Below are positions 11,663 to 24,144 of a stretch of DNA of 43,007 bases, piece after piece. Position numbers and translations under genes: made by a program. This stretch comes from Octopus bimaculoides (taxonomy: Eukaryota), in the NCBI RefSeq assembly GCF_001194135.2, contig NC_068996.1, forward strand, positions 3,890,654 through 3,933,660, given 5' to 3'. The first letter of the stretch is position 1; each line of letters opens with the position of its first letter. A model generated the notes under the pieces. It saw only the letters and a program-made list of their open reading frames with translations, did no database searches and was not told the origin of the DNA.

Positions 11663-13053
11663 CTGAAAATGTTTTAAAGATCATAATACATTATATTTGA
11701 CGTTCAGCAGATTCCAGACGAAATGTCTCACAATTATTGGTTAAAAATAACTTTAAATTCAGAGTTTAGACCACAATTAAGTTGAATGAACATTTCAGCC
11801 ATCCATCTTCATTATACAGTGTTCAGTTGATTCAATAATTAATGTCAGCACCTTGGTCTTGAAAGATTTGATACTTATAATTTGCAGAATGGACTGATGT
11901 AATATCAAATGAAGTGTCTTGCCTAAGGACAAAATATGTCACTCAGTCCAAGAATATAAACCCACTCCCTTATTATCATAAGTCTAGCCTGTAAGGCAGT
12001 CCCTTCACTTCATTCTTTAAGAACTCAAAAACACATACCAAATGCTAGCGTCCACTTTATCAATTTTGCAAACCCCTAGTTTTCTATCTATCTTTAAAAT
12101 CTTTTATTATTTTAATATTTTTTATGATTCAATGAAAAAGAAAAAAATAAATTTTTTTAAAAACAAAAGCAATTTATTTTGACTATTCAGCTCTACTATT
12201 CACAGGTACCATATTTAATAAGTGACTGGCTATTTTTGGCTTCAATCCCCAAAGAAATCTTTTATACTTCTTTTAGGAAAGATATCTAGTTTTGTCTTGA
12301 TTCTTCAAATGATGATGGAACCATAGAGAAGCTGCTGTGATATACAGCAAGTGTTGAGTATTTAAAAGCGAGTGGAGCCAACTCTGTCAAGGTTAAAAAA
12401 AAGCTGATTTCTTACATACACACACTCAAGCACATGTGTACATACTCAATATGTGTGTGTGTGAGAAAGAGAGAGAGACAGACAGACAGACAGAGAAAGC
12501 AAACACAATCCTACAAGTAGAATGGTACTTTAGAATAAATATGAATAGTATCTAGAAAAGATGTAACTTTTGCAATTTTCTATATTCACATCCCTAAAAT
12601 ACAGGAGCACAATATGTAGTCAAAAAAAAAAAAAGAAAAAATCCCAAAAAGCTGTCTTATTTAGGAAGCAAAGTTAAGAAAAGTGACACTGAATGAAATG
12701 TATTACACCATTTAGTTACAATCAGAGTAAAATTCTTGCTCAAGTTGCTTTTGTTTTCCATAAATCCAGAATTGATTAAAAATGAGAGGACAGTGATATA
12801 GTAGGATGTATGCATTTAACCTGGCGCTTTAATAATGTGTCACTAAGGTGTCATAGAAGCGATCGACAGAGTTGACAACAATGACAAATATTATGACACA
12901 AACGATCCTCTATCATTAAAGATATAATACTGAAATATAAGGGATTAACAAACCTAATTCTCACTAATCTAACTAAGCCAAATTCCAATTCAAGACAAAA
13001 TATGAACAAAAAAGGAAAAAAAAACAAAACAATTTAACAGTCAAGCACTTTAC

Positions 13054-13164
13054 CCCTTTGCCAAGTTTTATGACTGTTTTCTCAGCGCTGATGTGATCCT
13101 TGAAGTTTGAATGTGGCCTTCTCCGACGGTAATCATCTTTGGTGAAAGGAATATCTGGGTCCTC
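13054..13164 (-). CDS. AK7: AK7 exon 5 (EDPDIPFTKDDYRRRRPHSNFKDHISAEKTVIKLGKG)
   Basis: Acceptor cttattgcag, donor GGG|GTAAAG, 111 nt, phase 0/0; AK7 signature 'PFTEEDYRRRK.HPNF.DHI.AEK' (recalled). Confidence 0.96.
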
Positions 13165-13293
13165 CTGCAATAAGAAATTTCTTTGATGTTTAAGATCTTA
13201 AATCTTAGATGTATTAGAAAAAAAGCTTCCATTTGCATAATTCAAACAAAACAACAAAGAAATATAGACATCCAAAGGAATACATTAAACATT

Positions 13294-13295
<2 letters not shown>

Positions 13296-13337
<42 letters not shown>

Positions 13338-13362
13338 TATTATTATTATTATTATTATTATT
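13296..13362. repeat. (AAT)n followed by (TAT)n microsatellite
   Basis: Directly visible; self-complementary arrangement. Confidence 0.95.
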
Positions 13363-13503
13363 GTTCAGTAGTTTTATTTTTATAACGTGCTTTCACTTCA
13401 CTACGGAGCGCAGCTCTATGCGCCTTGGGTATGTGCTGTGGTTTGCTGTGATGCTCTTATGGTTACTGTATTGAAAGTGTTTTGCGTAGAATGTGTGCAG
13501 TAC

Positions 13504-13726
13504 NNNNNNNNNNNNNNNNNNNNNNNNNNNNNNNNNNNNNNNNNNNNNNNNNNNNNNNNNNNNNNNNNNNNNNNNNNNNNNNNNNNNNNNNNNNNNNNNN
13601 NNNNNNNNNNNNNNNNNNNNNNNNNNNNNNNNNNNNNNNNNNNNNNNNNNNNNNNNNNNNNNNNNNNNNNNNNNNNNNNNNNNNNNNNNNNNNNNNNNNN
13701 NNNNNNNNNNNNNNNNNNNNNNNNNN
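13504..13726. other. Assembly gap
   Basis: Run of N. Confidence 1.
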
Positions 13727-13749
13727 GTATTTTGAAAGTTTTTCCATTT

Positions 13750-13811
<62 letters not shown>

Positions 13812-14279
13812 CATTATTATTATTATTATTATTAAACAAAAAACACAATGTTTTATTATTTTACTATTTCAGCGAGTGGACTGTGGTCATGCTGGGGTAA
13901 TGCATGCAATAAGTTTTAGTCAAGTCAAATCAATTCCAGTAAGATATTTCTTTCTGGAACATATTCTGCATTTCATTAGATGGCCAAGTTTTGCTTTTTT
14001 CGCAAAACAACAGTTGTTCTATTTTATTTTTTTTAAATCAGTTAGCATAAACACACTCACACACATTACAATGGATTTCTATGCATTTTCCACCTACCAA
14101 ATGCCATTCAAATGGTATTGGTCAGTCTGAGACTAGAGTATAAAAAACATGCTCATGGTGCTGCTCTGTAACAGTAATCCTGGAACTACTTGGTTGTGAA
14201 GCAAATTTCTCAACAACTCAAACATGTCTGCACCATTCATTCAACATGATTACAGCATTTAACAATATCTAAGCATATT

Positions 14280-14640
14280 TATTTCTTTATTGCTCACAGG
14301 GGGCTAAATGTAGAGAGGACAAACAAGGACAGACAAAGGGATTAAGGGATTAAATCAATTACATCGACTCCAGTGCATAACTGGTATTAATTTAATTGAC
14401 CCCCAAAAGGATGAAAGACAAAGCCGATCTCAGCGGAATATGAAATCAGAACATAACGGCAAATGAAATGCTACTAAGCATTTCTTTGATCTTTACATTC
14501 TGAGTTCAAATTGCACCAGGGTCAACATTGCCTTCTTTTGGTGTCGATAACACAAGTACCAGTTGAACACTAGTGTCAATCTAATTCATTTAACCCCTTC
14601 CCCAAAACTGTTGGCCTTGTGCCAAAATTTGAAACCAATA
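14280..14640. mobile_element. Two adjacent SINE family B fragments in opposite orientation (- with tail type 2, then +)
   Basis: 14280-14490 is the reverse complement of the 33030 type; 14490-14640 is a forward body and tail. Confidence 0.7.
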
Positions 14641-14894
14641 TTTCCACCTGGATTTAGTAAATTAGTCCCAAGGTGGATAAACTTTCACTAATTATTTTAA
14701 TATTGTCCTTATCTTGTCTTTCTTACCCTCTTTTTCTTCATTTTTTCCTGTATTTTTCCCCACTTTCCTGTCTTTCTTTTCTGCCTTCATTCTTAATTAG
14801 CTGCTTACTTCTTTAATTATATTGGTATATTTGGGAATGGTCATCTTTTGCCAATAAACGCACACAATATTTATTTAGCTTATTCACTTTAGCT

Positions 14895-15263
14895 TTATTA
14901 CTCCCGCCTTAGCAAAGGCAGAGGTATTGTTTTCAGTTGTGTTTGTTTGTTGGTTTGTTCGTGGACAAAATATCTCAAGAACCGCTGGTTGGATTCAGAT
15001 GAAATTTTCAGGGATGTTTGGCCTCATGACTGGCACAAACTGATTACATTTTGGGATCGATCCAGTACCAGACAAGAATTCCGGATTATTTTTCTACTTA
15101 ATTTTTGAGAGTGGTTGTGTTTATTTTTAGTTTTCTTGTTTGTGAGAGTAGTCGAGTTTATTTCAGATATTCTTATTCTAAAAATCATCTCCAGCTAATC
15201 GTTGAGAGGACGTTGATGTTGCCTTGGCAGAGGTTTGCGCTCTCTGAGTGCTCAATATTAGTT
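14895..15263 (+). mobile_element. Non-autonomous Helentron (HINE/DINE-1-like) element
   Basis: 5' ttattactcccgccttagcaaaggcagaggtattgttttc; GTTT-type microsatellite; 3' subTIR ccttggcagagg 15222-15233; hairpin GCGCTC-tct-GAGTGC 15237-15251; T-rich ends. Confidence 0.65.
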
Positions 15264-15639
15264 TATTTGTCAGAATTCTTTCATTCCGTGACCTTCAGCA
15301 ATTTTCTGTCCTTCAAGTAATCTCTTCTCTCTAGTCTTGTCCCATCTGTTCCATCTTGTCTTCTTATCTGCATATGCATTTATGTCTGTATCTATGTGTG
15401 TGTGTATCAATGTGTTTAGTATGTGTATATGTGTCTTGTGTGCATGTATATGGGTTTGCATATTACACAGTTTGTACCTATGCCTCTTATTTCTTGGGAC
15501 AAGGTACTGATGGACAACCTGATGTCTCAAAGTAGGTTGAACTAGAAAAGAGGGAGAACCAAGAAGCAATGGGACAAGGTACAGAAGGATGACTTATGGA
15601 CAATAAACCCATCAGACAAGATGACAATAAGACCTGTCC

Positions 15640-15908
15640 ACCACAGCAGATGTGTTAAGGCCATTCCCCCTCATGAAGAGGATCGACCAGCAAGAGTCCT
15701 GTTCCAGTGTCACGTAAAAACGCTTGTGCTGGAGTCACATTAAAAATACCCAGCACACACAGTAAATTGGTTGGCATTTAGGAAGGACATCCAACTGTAG
15801 AAACCAAAGAAAATTGAACTAGAGCTTGGTGCAGCTTCCTAGCTCTGGTCAAACCGTTCTACCCATGCCAGCATGGAAAACGGACTTAATGGATGATGAT
15901 GATGATGA
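15640..15908 (+). mobile_element. Repeat family C (RTE-like 3' end)
   Basis: Homologous to 11030-11188; ends in (GAT)n. Confidence 0.6.
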
Positions 15909-16764
15909 TGAATATTTATTTATTTCCCTGTTGTCTTTAGTCATCAGGTTGCATAGTGTGGTGGAGTGGGTGAGGGATTTACGTTTTCTGTTGAGGCTCA
16001 GTCTGTTTTCTATTATGTGATCGTCTTTAATCATATTTCTGTTTTTATTTGTTCATTTATTTATCTGTTTATTTTATTCCATTGTTACTCAAATTCTTTC
16101 AAGTATTTTACCAAATCAATTATTGCAACATTAAAAAAAAATTCCAATAATTATATTTGAAAAAAAAATAATAGCACCAAGTGGAATAACTTCTTCAAAT
16201 ATTTTTACAAGTGCTCTCCCTTGAACCATAATCGTTACTTTGTTTGTGTAAAGATATTTGTTCCGAAATACTCATACACGAAGCTAAACAGGTCTTCCAG
16301 TGTTGTCTTGACAATTGTTTGTTCAGAAGCATAAACGCCAGGAATTCTTGTATTAAAACCACGTGACACTTGGAAGTTACAGCTGTGACGTCCCCCACAA
16401 AATTATAATACTGAAATTATATACACATACGTCCGTTTTTATATATTTTCGTACGTACGTACGTATGTACATATGTATGTACATATGTATATATATATGT
16501 ATGTATGTATGTATGTTTGTTTGTTTGCATGAATGTATGTATGTTCGTATTACTTGCTTCAGTCACTGGACTGTAGTCATACTGAAGCAAAGTCTTGCAG
16601 AGCTTTAGTCGAACGAAGCGATCTCACAGCTTACACACACACACACACACACACGTATACGCGCGCGCACGCACACACACACACACAAATATTTATATAA
16701 ATTTATCGACTACTATTTCCAGTAAACATTGGTGGTCCCTTGTTGTACCACTACTCTCTCTCTC

Positions 16765-16795
<31 letters not shown>

Positions 16796-16796
16796 T

Positions 16797-17032
16797 TACG
16801 GAGATGCACTTGCATAGCAAGTGACCTGATCTGAGATCGTGTGCTGGAACGAAAACAATTGCAGCGTGGAAGGTGTTTATAAGCCATTTAAAATAACACA
16901 CAAAATCCGTTAGATTCACTTCAACATTTAAATTTTGTTTGTCAAAATATTTTCGTCGCTTTGAGACCACGACCTGTTCACTGACAAAATTCTGTGCTGC
17001 ATCTCAGAATTTTGTCAGTGAACAGGTCGCGG
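16797..17032. mobile_element. Palindromic/foldback element, copy 1 (left arm and centre; right arm runs into a gap)
   Basis: 28 bp arms 16967-16994 and 17005-17032 with one mismatch; left arm is the reverse complement of 24170-24600. Confidence 0.7.
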
Positions 17033-17308
17033 NNNNNNNNNNNNNNNNNNNNNNNNNNNNNNNNNNNNNNNNNNNNNNNNNNNNNNNNNNNNNNNNNNNN
17101 NNNNNNNNNNNNNNNNNNNNNNNNNNNNNNNNNNNNNNNNNNNNNNNNNNNNNNNNNNNNNNNNNNNNNNNNNNNNNNNNNNNNNNNNNNNNNNNNNNNN
17201 NNNNNNNNNNNNNNNNNNNNNNNNNNNNNNNNNNNNNNNNNNNNNNNNNNNNNNNNNNNNNNNNNNNNNNNNNNNNNNNNNNNNNNNNNNNNNNNNNNNN
17301 NNNNNNNN
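17033..17308. other. Assembly gap
   Basis: Run of N. Confidence 1.
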
Positions 17309-17850
17309 ATATATACATATACTAGTGGGAGCCGTGGAAGTTCCACAGAACGAAAACGATTAAGAGAAGCTATTTAAGGGAGAAAGGATGATTTGTATTT
17401 TTATTTTTATTTTGCTCATTTATTTCAGTCACAATAATATATATTAGGATTTATGAAATATCCCTCTTCTAGGCATTTTATATTTCTCTTTCAACAAACT
17501 TTTTAGCCATTTAATTCCCCTCTTCATGTCTTTAACATTTCTCTCCTTCTCTTCACCTCTCACTTCCCCTAACCACATAAGTGACAGCATAATGCATCGG
17601 CTGTCTGCTTTTTCTCTCTCCCTCTTTGTCACTCCACCTCCTACTCTTCTCTAACAAACTGAAGCGTAAAGCATGAACGAACTGGTACAAGAAGAATATC
17701 ATAGATTTAGTTAAAAAAATTGTTTTCACTATCAACACACCGCCATCACCACCTCAACCACTAACATCATCAACACTATGCTTATCAGTAGCAAAGCTCA
17801 TATCATTTCCTTGCTGTAAATGTATCTCTATTCTGACGATACAAATGCTA

Positions 17851-17901
<51 letters not shown>

Positions 17902-18519
17902 CCGCTGCTCATATCTCTCTATCTGCCTTTCTTTAACCTCACCACCAGAACATTACGCTCTGCTAAACATTGTATCCTAAACATATCTCTTTCTCTTTAC
18001 CTTCCTCTCCCCGCACTACAGCACGTTGTTAGCACTTCTCTCTCCTTCTTCTCTCTCATCGTCTTTTCATCTTGCTCTTTGCTTCTCCCTTCAACTAAAC
18101 ACGTGACACATTTGGCCTTATTATACATCTTTCTCTACTTCTTCCTCACTTCTTTCTTCTCTACTCACATTCCTCCCCCCTCTCATTTTTACTCCACCTC
18201 CACTTCTCTTGCTAGCTAAAGTATAACGGGTGAACGAACAGGCGGGTTTTAATATAGATATCTTTTGAAGCCTGGTAGTATTCCATTGGTATCGTTTACA
18301 GAACTGCTAAGTTACGAGGACTTAAACAAGCCAACACCAGTTATCAAACGGAGGGGGGGGGGCTTAAAAAAAACACACACACGCTCAGTGAAATCTAATA
18401 CATCTTTTATATGACAGAGGAATATCTAGATTCAGTATCACAAACTGATGAAATATGTATTGGTTTAAGCTTTTCTGAGCTGCTACTGCAGCCAACAATC
18501 AACAGTATCATACAATCTT

Positions 18520-18740
18520 AAAGGCAGCAAGCTTGCAGAATCGTTAGCACGCCGGGCGAAATGCTTAGCAGCATTTCGTCCGTCCTTATGTTCTGAGTTG
18601 AAATTCCACCGAGGTCGACTTTGCCTTTCATCCTTTCGGGGTCGATAAATTAAGTACCAGTTGCGTATTGAGGTCAACCTAATCGACTGGCCCCCTCCTC
18701 CAAAATTTCGGGCTCTGTGCCTACAGTAGTAAAGAATATC
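18520..18740 (+). mobile_element. SINE family B, tail type 1
   Basis: A-box-like GCAGAATCG, B-box-like GAGTTGAAATT, full body. Confidence 0.88.
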
Positions 18741-19431
18741 ATACAATGTTAGTCAAATAAACTGGATCATAAACAAAGTATCTTGTAGATGCGACAGTGA
18801 CCATTGATACAAAAATACATCGCCTTGACGGTTGTTCTACACCCATGATGGCGTACCTTTTCAGCACGATATATAAAATCTTGTATTTTAAAATTTAAGT
18901 TAATGCATATAGATAAGTCATTTTATTTTTATAACATTAAATGGAAGGAAGAACTTTTTCAAAGCCGACCACGTGTCAGCTAAAATCCACGATGACATCA
19001 TCATTGTTCTAAACCAAATCGCGGCATTGTTCAACTTGATCTCTTTCCTGGTTCAACAAACTAACCACATACGTGATCACACGACCAGCTAGAAATAGAA
19101 GCCGAATCTTTCTCAAATCACGTTGTATTCTCTTAAATAAGGACATGTTTGAAAACATAGTCCTAAATGCTCCAATAAATAAATAAAAAGGCAGGACAAT
19201 CGTGACTGAAACGTCATTGATCACAGCACCGCTCAATTAAGGTTGACTCAGAGTTAAACAACCATAGCAGCAACAATAATATCGCCAATCCTTCGGAGAT
19301 GATATTACGAAAGTGGAAATGAAAATGGTTCTGTTACTCCTATTTGTTCGCCAGTTTTCCGAAAAAGATTTTATTTCTGTAATTTTTTCCATCTTACACA
19401 CAGACTTATATCTTACATTATACATGAGTGT

Positions 19432-20418
19432 AGGACAAAAGCCACATAGTTAAAGTGTGAAAGTGAACAAAAGCCCCACGGTTATATTTTTCGTTTTTTT
19501 TATTTTTTTATACCTTTTACTTGTTTCAGTCAGTAGACTGTGGCCATGCTGGGGCACCGCCTTGAAGAATTTTTAGTTGAACGTATCGACCCCAGAATTT
19601 TTAAATATTTTCACTTGTTGCTACAGTTGATAGACTGCAGCCATGCTGGACCACCACCTCGAAGAATTTTTAGTCGAATGTATCAACGTCAGAATTTTTT
19701 TTTTTTTTACTTGCTGCAGTTAATAGACTGCGGACATGCTGGGGCACCACCTTGAAGAATTTTTAGTCGCAGAAAAATCAGCATTTTAAAATTCAAATTT
19801 AAAGTCTTTTGTTTTCTTCTCTCAGCACTTCCAGGTTAACAAAAACGAGCTGACCTTTTGGACTTTCTCTGGCCATTGAAGGTCTAACAGAATTATGGCG
19901 CCGAAGGTTGGTCATTCAAACATACTTCTTATCATTTTTATGTTTCTTCACATTTTTTTAACTAAATGCTTTCTCTTTTGTTAGAATTCAGACAATATGT
20001 ACATTGGGTAGTAATGAGTCTTGTATTCTGTTATTCTATTCTACATATTTATTTTCAATTGAGTATATTTTGTTTACCTAAAATGTGGAATTTTGGAAAA
20101 TAAAAGTTTTTTTTTAATATATATATAGCTGCGATTTCCGTTTTTGTTAACGTGAAATTATAAAAATATCTTTTTTTAAGATTTGGCTGTTATTTCTAGC
20201 ATGCGGAGAGACTTTCTAGGCTTAACTTCATGTGCTGGTTGAAAATCACCTGAAAAGGATTCTGAGGCTGGTACATTCGACTAAAATTTTCTGAGGGTGG
20301 TGCCCCAGCATGGCCACAGTATAATGACTGCAACAAGTAAAATGGAAAAAAAACTCCCAAAAACTAACCGAAAAATATAACCGTGGGGCTTTTGTCCCGG
20401 GGGCTATAGTGCGGATCC
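19432..20418. mobile_element. ~1 kb foldback/TIR element with ~150 bp inverted arms containing SINE-A tails
   Basis: Exact 27 bp inverted match 19467-19493 / 20369-20395; similarity extends inward through the SINE tail; GGACAAAAGCC-like subterminal motifs. Confidence 0.7.
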
Positions 20419-20984
20419 CATTATACATATATGCATGTAAACACAAACATACATATACTTACATACACAATTATACATACATACACCCCCCCCAAAAAAA
20501 TACATAAACAAGCGATTCGAGAAAACAAGAAAAATGCGTGTGTATTTATATGAGTATGTGTGTGCGTGTGTGTGTGTGTGTGTCGCGCGCGTGCGTGCGC
20601 GACCGTGTGTTTTCCTGTTCAGCTCGAAAACAAAATTAAGAAATATTTTTTTTTTTTTTTTACAGAAATAGCCGAACGGATTAAATAAAACAATGATTTT
20701 TTCAGTTCCAGTTCCGTGACACCAGCTCCGAAGTGTTACCATAATATCTGACAAGAAATTTACCTGCTAGAAGTAGCGGCTTAATTTCCTTCAGATCGCA
20801 CTTTAACATCTTGATAGTATCATTCAAAATAAAACGAAGGACAAACTGGATAATGAAGTCTGGAGTACATAACACCGAGAAAAGTTGGGTTGGTTACGGT
20901 TGGCATGTCTTTGATCATAAGATTACTCGTTCATGCCAACGTAGGTCTGAACAAAAACAGCAACCTTAATATCGAACAGGCATA

Positions 20985-21304
20985 AGGCAGCGAGCTGGCA
21001 GAATCGTTAGCACGCCGGGCGAAATGCTTAACAGTATTTCATCTGCTGTTACGTTCTGAGTTCAAATTCTGCCGAGGTCGACTTTGCCTTTCATCCTTTC
21101 GGGAGCGATAAATTAAGTACCAGTTGCGTACTGGGGTCGTTCTAATCGACTGGCCCCCTCCCCCAAAATTTCGGGCTTTGTGCCTAGATAAAAAGAAGAA
21201 TCGTTAGCACGCCGGATAAAATGCTTAGCGTCATTTCGTTCGTCTTTACATTCTGAGTTCAAATGCCGCCGGTGTCGATTTTGCTTTTCGTTTTTTCGGG
21301 GTTT
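20985..21304 (+). mobile_element. SINE family B full copy plus a second head in tandem
   Basis: Full copy to ~21190, then gaatcgttagcacgccgg restarts at ~21197 and runs into the gap. Confidence 0.88.
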
Positions 21305-22054
21305 NNNNNNNNNNNNNNNNNNNNNNNNNNNNNNNNNNNNNNNNNNNNNNNNNNNNNNNNNNNNNNNNNNNNNNNNNNNNNNNNNNNNNNNNNNNNNNNN
21401 NNNNNNNNNNNNNNNNNNNNNNNNNNNNNNNNNNNNNNNNNNNNNNNNNNNNNNNNNNNNNNNNNNNNNNNNNNNNNNNNNNNNNNNNNNNNNNNNNNNN
21501 NNNNNNNNNNNNNNNNNNNNNNNNNNNNNNNNNNNNNNNNNNNNNNNNNNNNNNNNNNNNNNNNNNNNNNNNNNNNNNNNNNNNNNNNNNNNNNNNNNNN
21601 NNNNNNNNNNNNNNNNNNNNNNNNNNNNNNNNNNNNNNNNNNNNNNNNNNNNNNNNNNNNNNNNNNNNNNNNNNNNNNNNNNNNNNNNNNNNNNNNNNNN
21701 NNNNNNNNNNNNNNNNNNNNNNNNNNNNNNNNNNNNNNNNNNNNNNNNNNNNNNNNNNNNNNNNNNNNNNNNNNNNNNNNNNNNNNNNNNNNNNNNNNNN
21801 NNNNNNNNNNNNNNNNNNNNNNNNNNNNNNNNNNNNNNNNNNNNNNNNNNNNNNNNNNNNNNNNNNNNNNNNNNNNNNNNNNNNNNNNNNNNNNNNNNNN
21901 NNNNNNNNNNNNNNNNNNNNNNNNNNNNNNNNNNNNNNNNNNNNNNNNNNNNNNNNNNNNNNNNNNNNNNNNNNNNNNNNNNNNNNNNNNNNNNNNNNNN
22001 NNNNNNNNNNNNNNNNNNNNNNNNNNNNNNNNNNNNNNNNNNNNNNNNNNNNNN
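21305..22054. other. Assembly gap
   Basis: Run of N. Confidence 1.
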
Positions 22055-22055
22055 G

Positions 22056-22990
22056 ATGGTTGAAACGAAGGGATAGCGTGCTTCCGTGAAATTCTGTTTT
22101 CTGCTGAGAAAAACGGCGGCCGAAACATTTCTTATGTTTCAAACAGATTACAAGGATGCTGCCACGAGCAAAGCTCAAGTTTACGAATGGTTTTCACGCT
22201 TTAGGAACGGCCACTTGTCGCTTGAAGACCAATGTCGTTCAGGGCGTCTGTCGACCTCCCGAACGAAGGAAAACATCATGAAAATTCATGAACTGATCCT
22301 GGAGGACCGTCACCAAACAATTGACGAACTTGTTGATATGACTGGTGTGTCTTGGAGCTCCTGCCAACGAATTTTGAGCGATGAATTGCGAATGAAAAGA
22401 GTTGCAGCAAAATTTGTGCTTCGCTTGGTCAAAGAGGAACAAAAGATCATGAAGAAACAGTTGGAAGTTGATCCGAACCTTTTTTTCGAAAGTCATCTCT
22501 GGTAACGAAAGCTGGTGCTACGGTTACAAACCGGAAACGAAGCAGCAATCAAGTCAATGGAAACATTCAATAAAAAGTGTGTCAAGTGAGGTCCAATATC
22601 AAGACGATGCTGATTTGCTTCATCGATGTGAAAGGAATTGTTCCTCCTGGTCAAACTGTTAACCAGATATTTTACTTGGCAACTCTGAAGCATTTGCGAA
22701 AACGCCTCGACCTGTGGCAAAGTGGAGAGTGACGGATTCATTACTAAAATGCGCTTTCGCACACCGCCTTGAGTGCGAAACAGTCTTTGGACCCAAAATG
22801 GCATGACCCTGTTTACCCACCCATCCACCCTATTCACTCGATCTAACTCCCTGCAACTTTTTTTTTTTGTTTCCCTAAATGAAAAACGTCCTTAAAAGAA
22901 AACTTTTTGCAGATGTGGACGAGGTGAATAAAAGAACGACGGAGGCGCTAAAAGACATCTCTTAGCAACAATTCCAAATTTGTATTCTAC
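22056..22990 (+). pseudogene. Mariner transposase pseudogene (irritans-like)
   Basis: MVETKG*RASVKFCFLLRKTAAET...VYEWFSRF...DQCRSGR...RVAAKFV; frameshifted 'ISGNESWCYGYKPETKQQSSQW' and 'YSLDLTPCNF'; catalytic Asp positions mutated; premature TAG at 22074. Confidence 0.9.
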
Positions 22991-24144
22991 GCTCTGGAGT
23001 TCATACGACTATGCAAAAACCAAAACTCCATGATTTAAGCCCTATTTGACTGTTATTTTTAGCACTTCTCGACCAGGGTACAAGCTGCAGATGAGCGCAA
23101 GTACAGAACACATATTTTACTTTCGTGTAGAATATACGAGGGGGTATCCAAAAGAAACTGGAATTTTGCAATATTATTTTACTCAGTTAATCTTCCCCAA
23201 TTAACGCCACCATTTCAGAAAATATACACACATTGGGTAATCTGATCCAGTTTCCTATGAATAAGCAACAACAACAAAAGACAGGGTGACTATTACAGGA
23301 ATGCTTTTGAACATAAGGTCGCACTTTTAGGGCTTAAACCTTGAACTAAACAAAACAACAACAGTAGCAGTAACAGCAGCAAAACGAAACAATTTTACTT
23401 CCTTTGTCAAGAGAAAGTGTGAAAGGTGACAAAGAAAGAAAATAACACAACAAAACAACAAAAACGGCGATAATAAAGGTGAAAGCAACAATGTGATGAT
23501 GATGATGCTGGTGGTGATGACGATGACGATGATCATGATAATAATAATGGAGTCTTTTTAGAAACGATAACCAATCAAATTTTAGATGAGTAAAGTTAGC
23601 CAAGTATAAATGGGAAGAGTATTTCTATGGTTGGTTAAACTGGCAGATTTGAAAAGAGTGATGACAAATGGAATGTGTGTGAAAGGACAGTGTTACCTAC
23701 AAAACATGCACCTATTCACCCAAACAACAGGTGTGAAGGGGGGAGGCGTGTGTTGTGGGGGTCCGTATGTGTGTACATGTGTGCTTGCGGGTATTTGTCT
23801 TTGTGCTTGAGTGTGTATTTGAGCACTAGGTAGTGTGTGTGTGCGTGTGCCAAAAGTTGAGAAAAATTCAAGACTTGATGTATTTTAGTACAGTGAACCT
23901 CTACTGTCTAAAGAGCATACAGTGTAGGTGTGCGTATTTGTGTGTGTGTGTGTGTATGCATAAGGGGAGCCGAGAGCCAATTGCAAAGTAGGGATACACC
24001 TATTTCCTTTCCACACAGTCATCTCCACTCAGTCACACACACACACACGCACACACACACACACACCAATATACACACGCGCACACAAATAGATACGCAT
24101 ACACACAAATGAAAGGCAATGTGTGTGTGTGTGTGTGTGTGTGT

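Noticed and set aside
16170-16192. miR-29-like seed TAGCACCA
   Set aside because: The rest of the sequence diverges from the mature miRNA and I saw no hairpin.
20734-20748. Second X-box-like motif GTTACCATAATATC
   Set aside because: Mismatch in the conserved AAC half and no known TSS nearby.
20895-20943. Hairpin GTTGGCATG...CATGCCAAC as a pre-miRNA
   Set aside because: Only about 12 bp of stem with a large asymmetric bulge; not Drosha/Dicer-like.
23135-23165. TA-CGAGGGGGTATCCAAAAG as the right TIR of the 22056 mariner
   Set aside because: Wrong orientation for that element; likely an orphan end of another copy.
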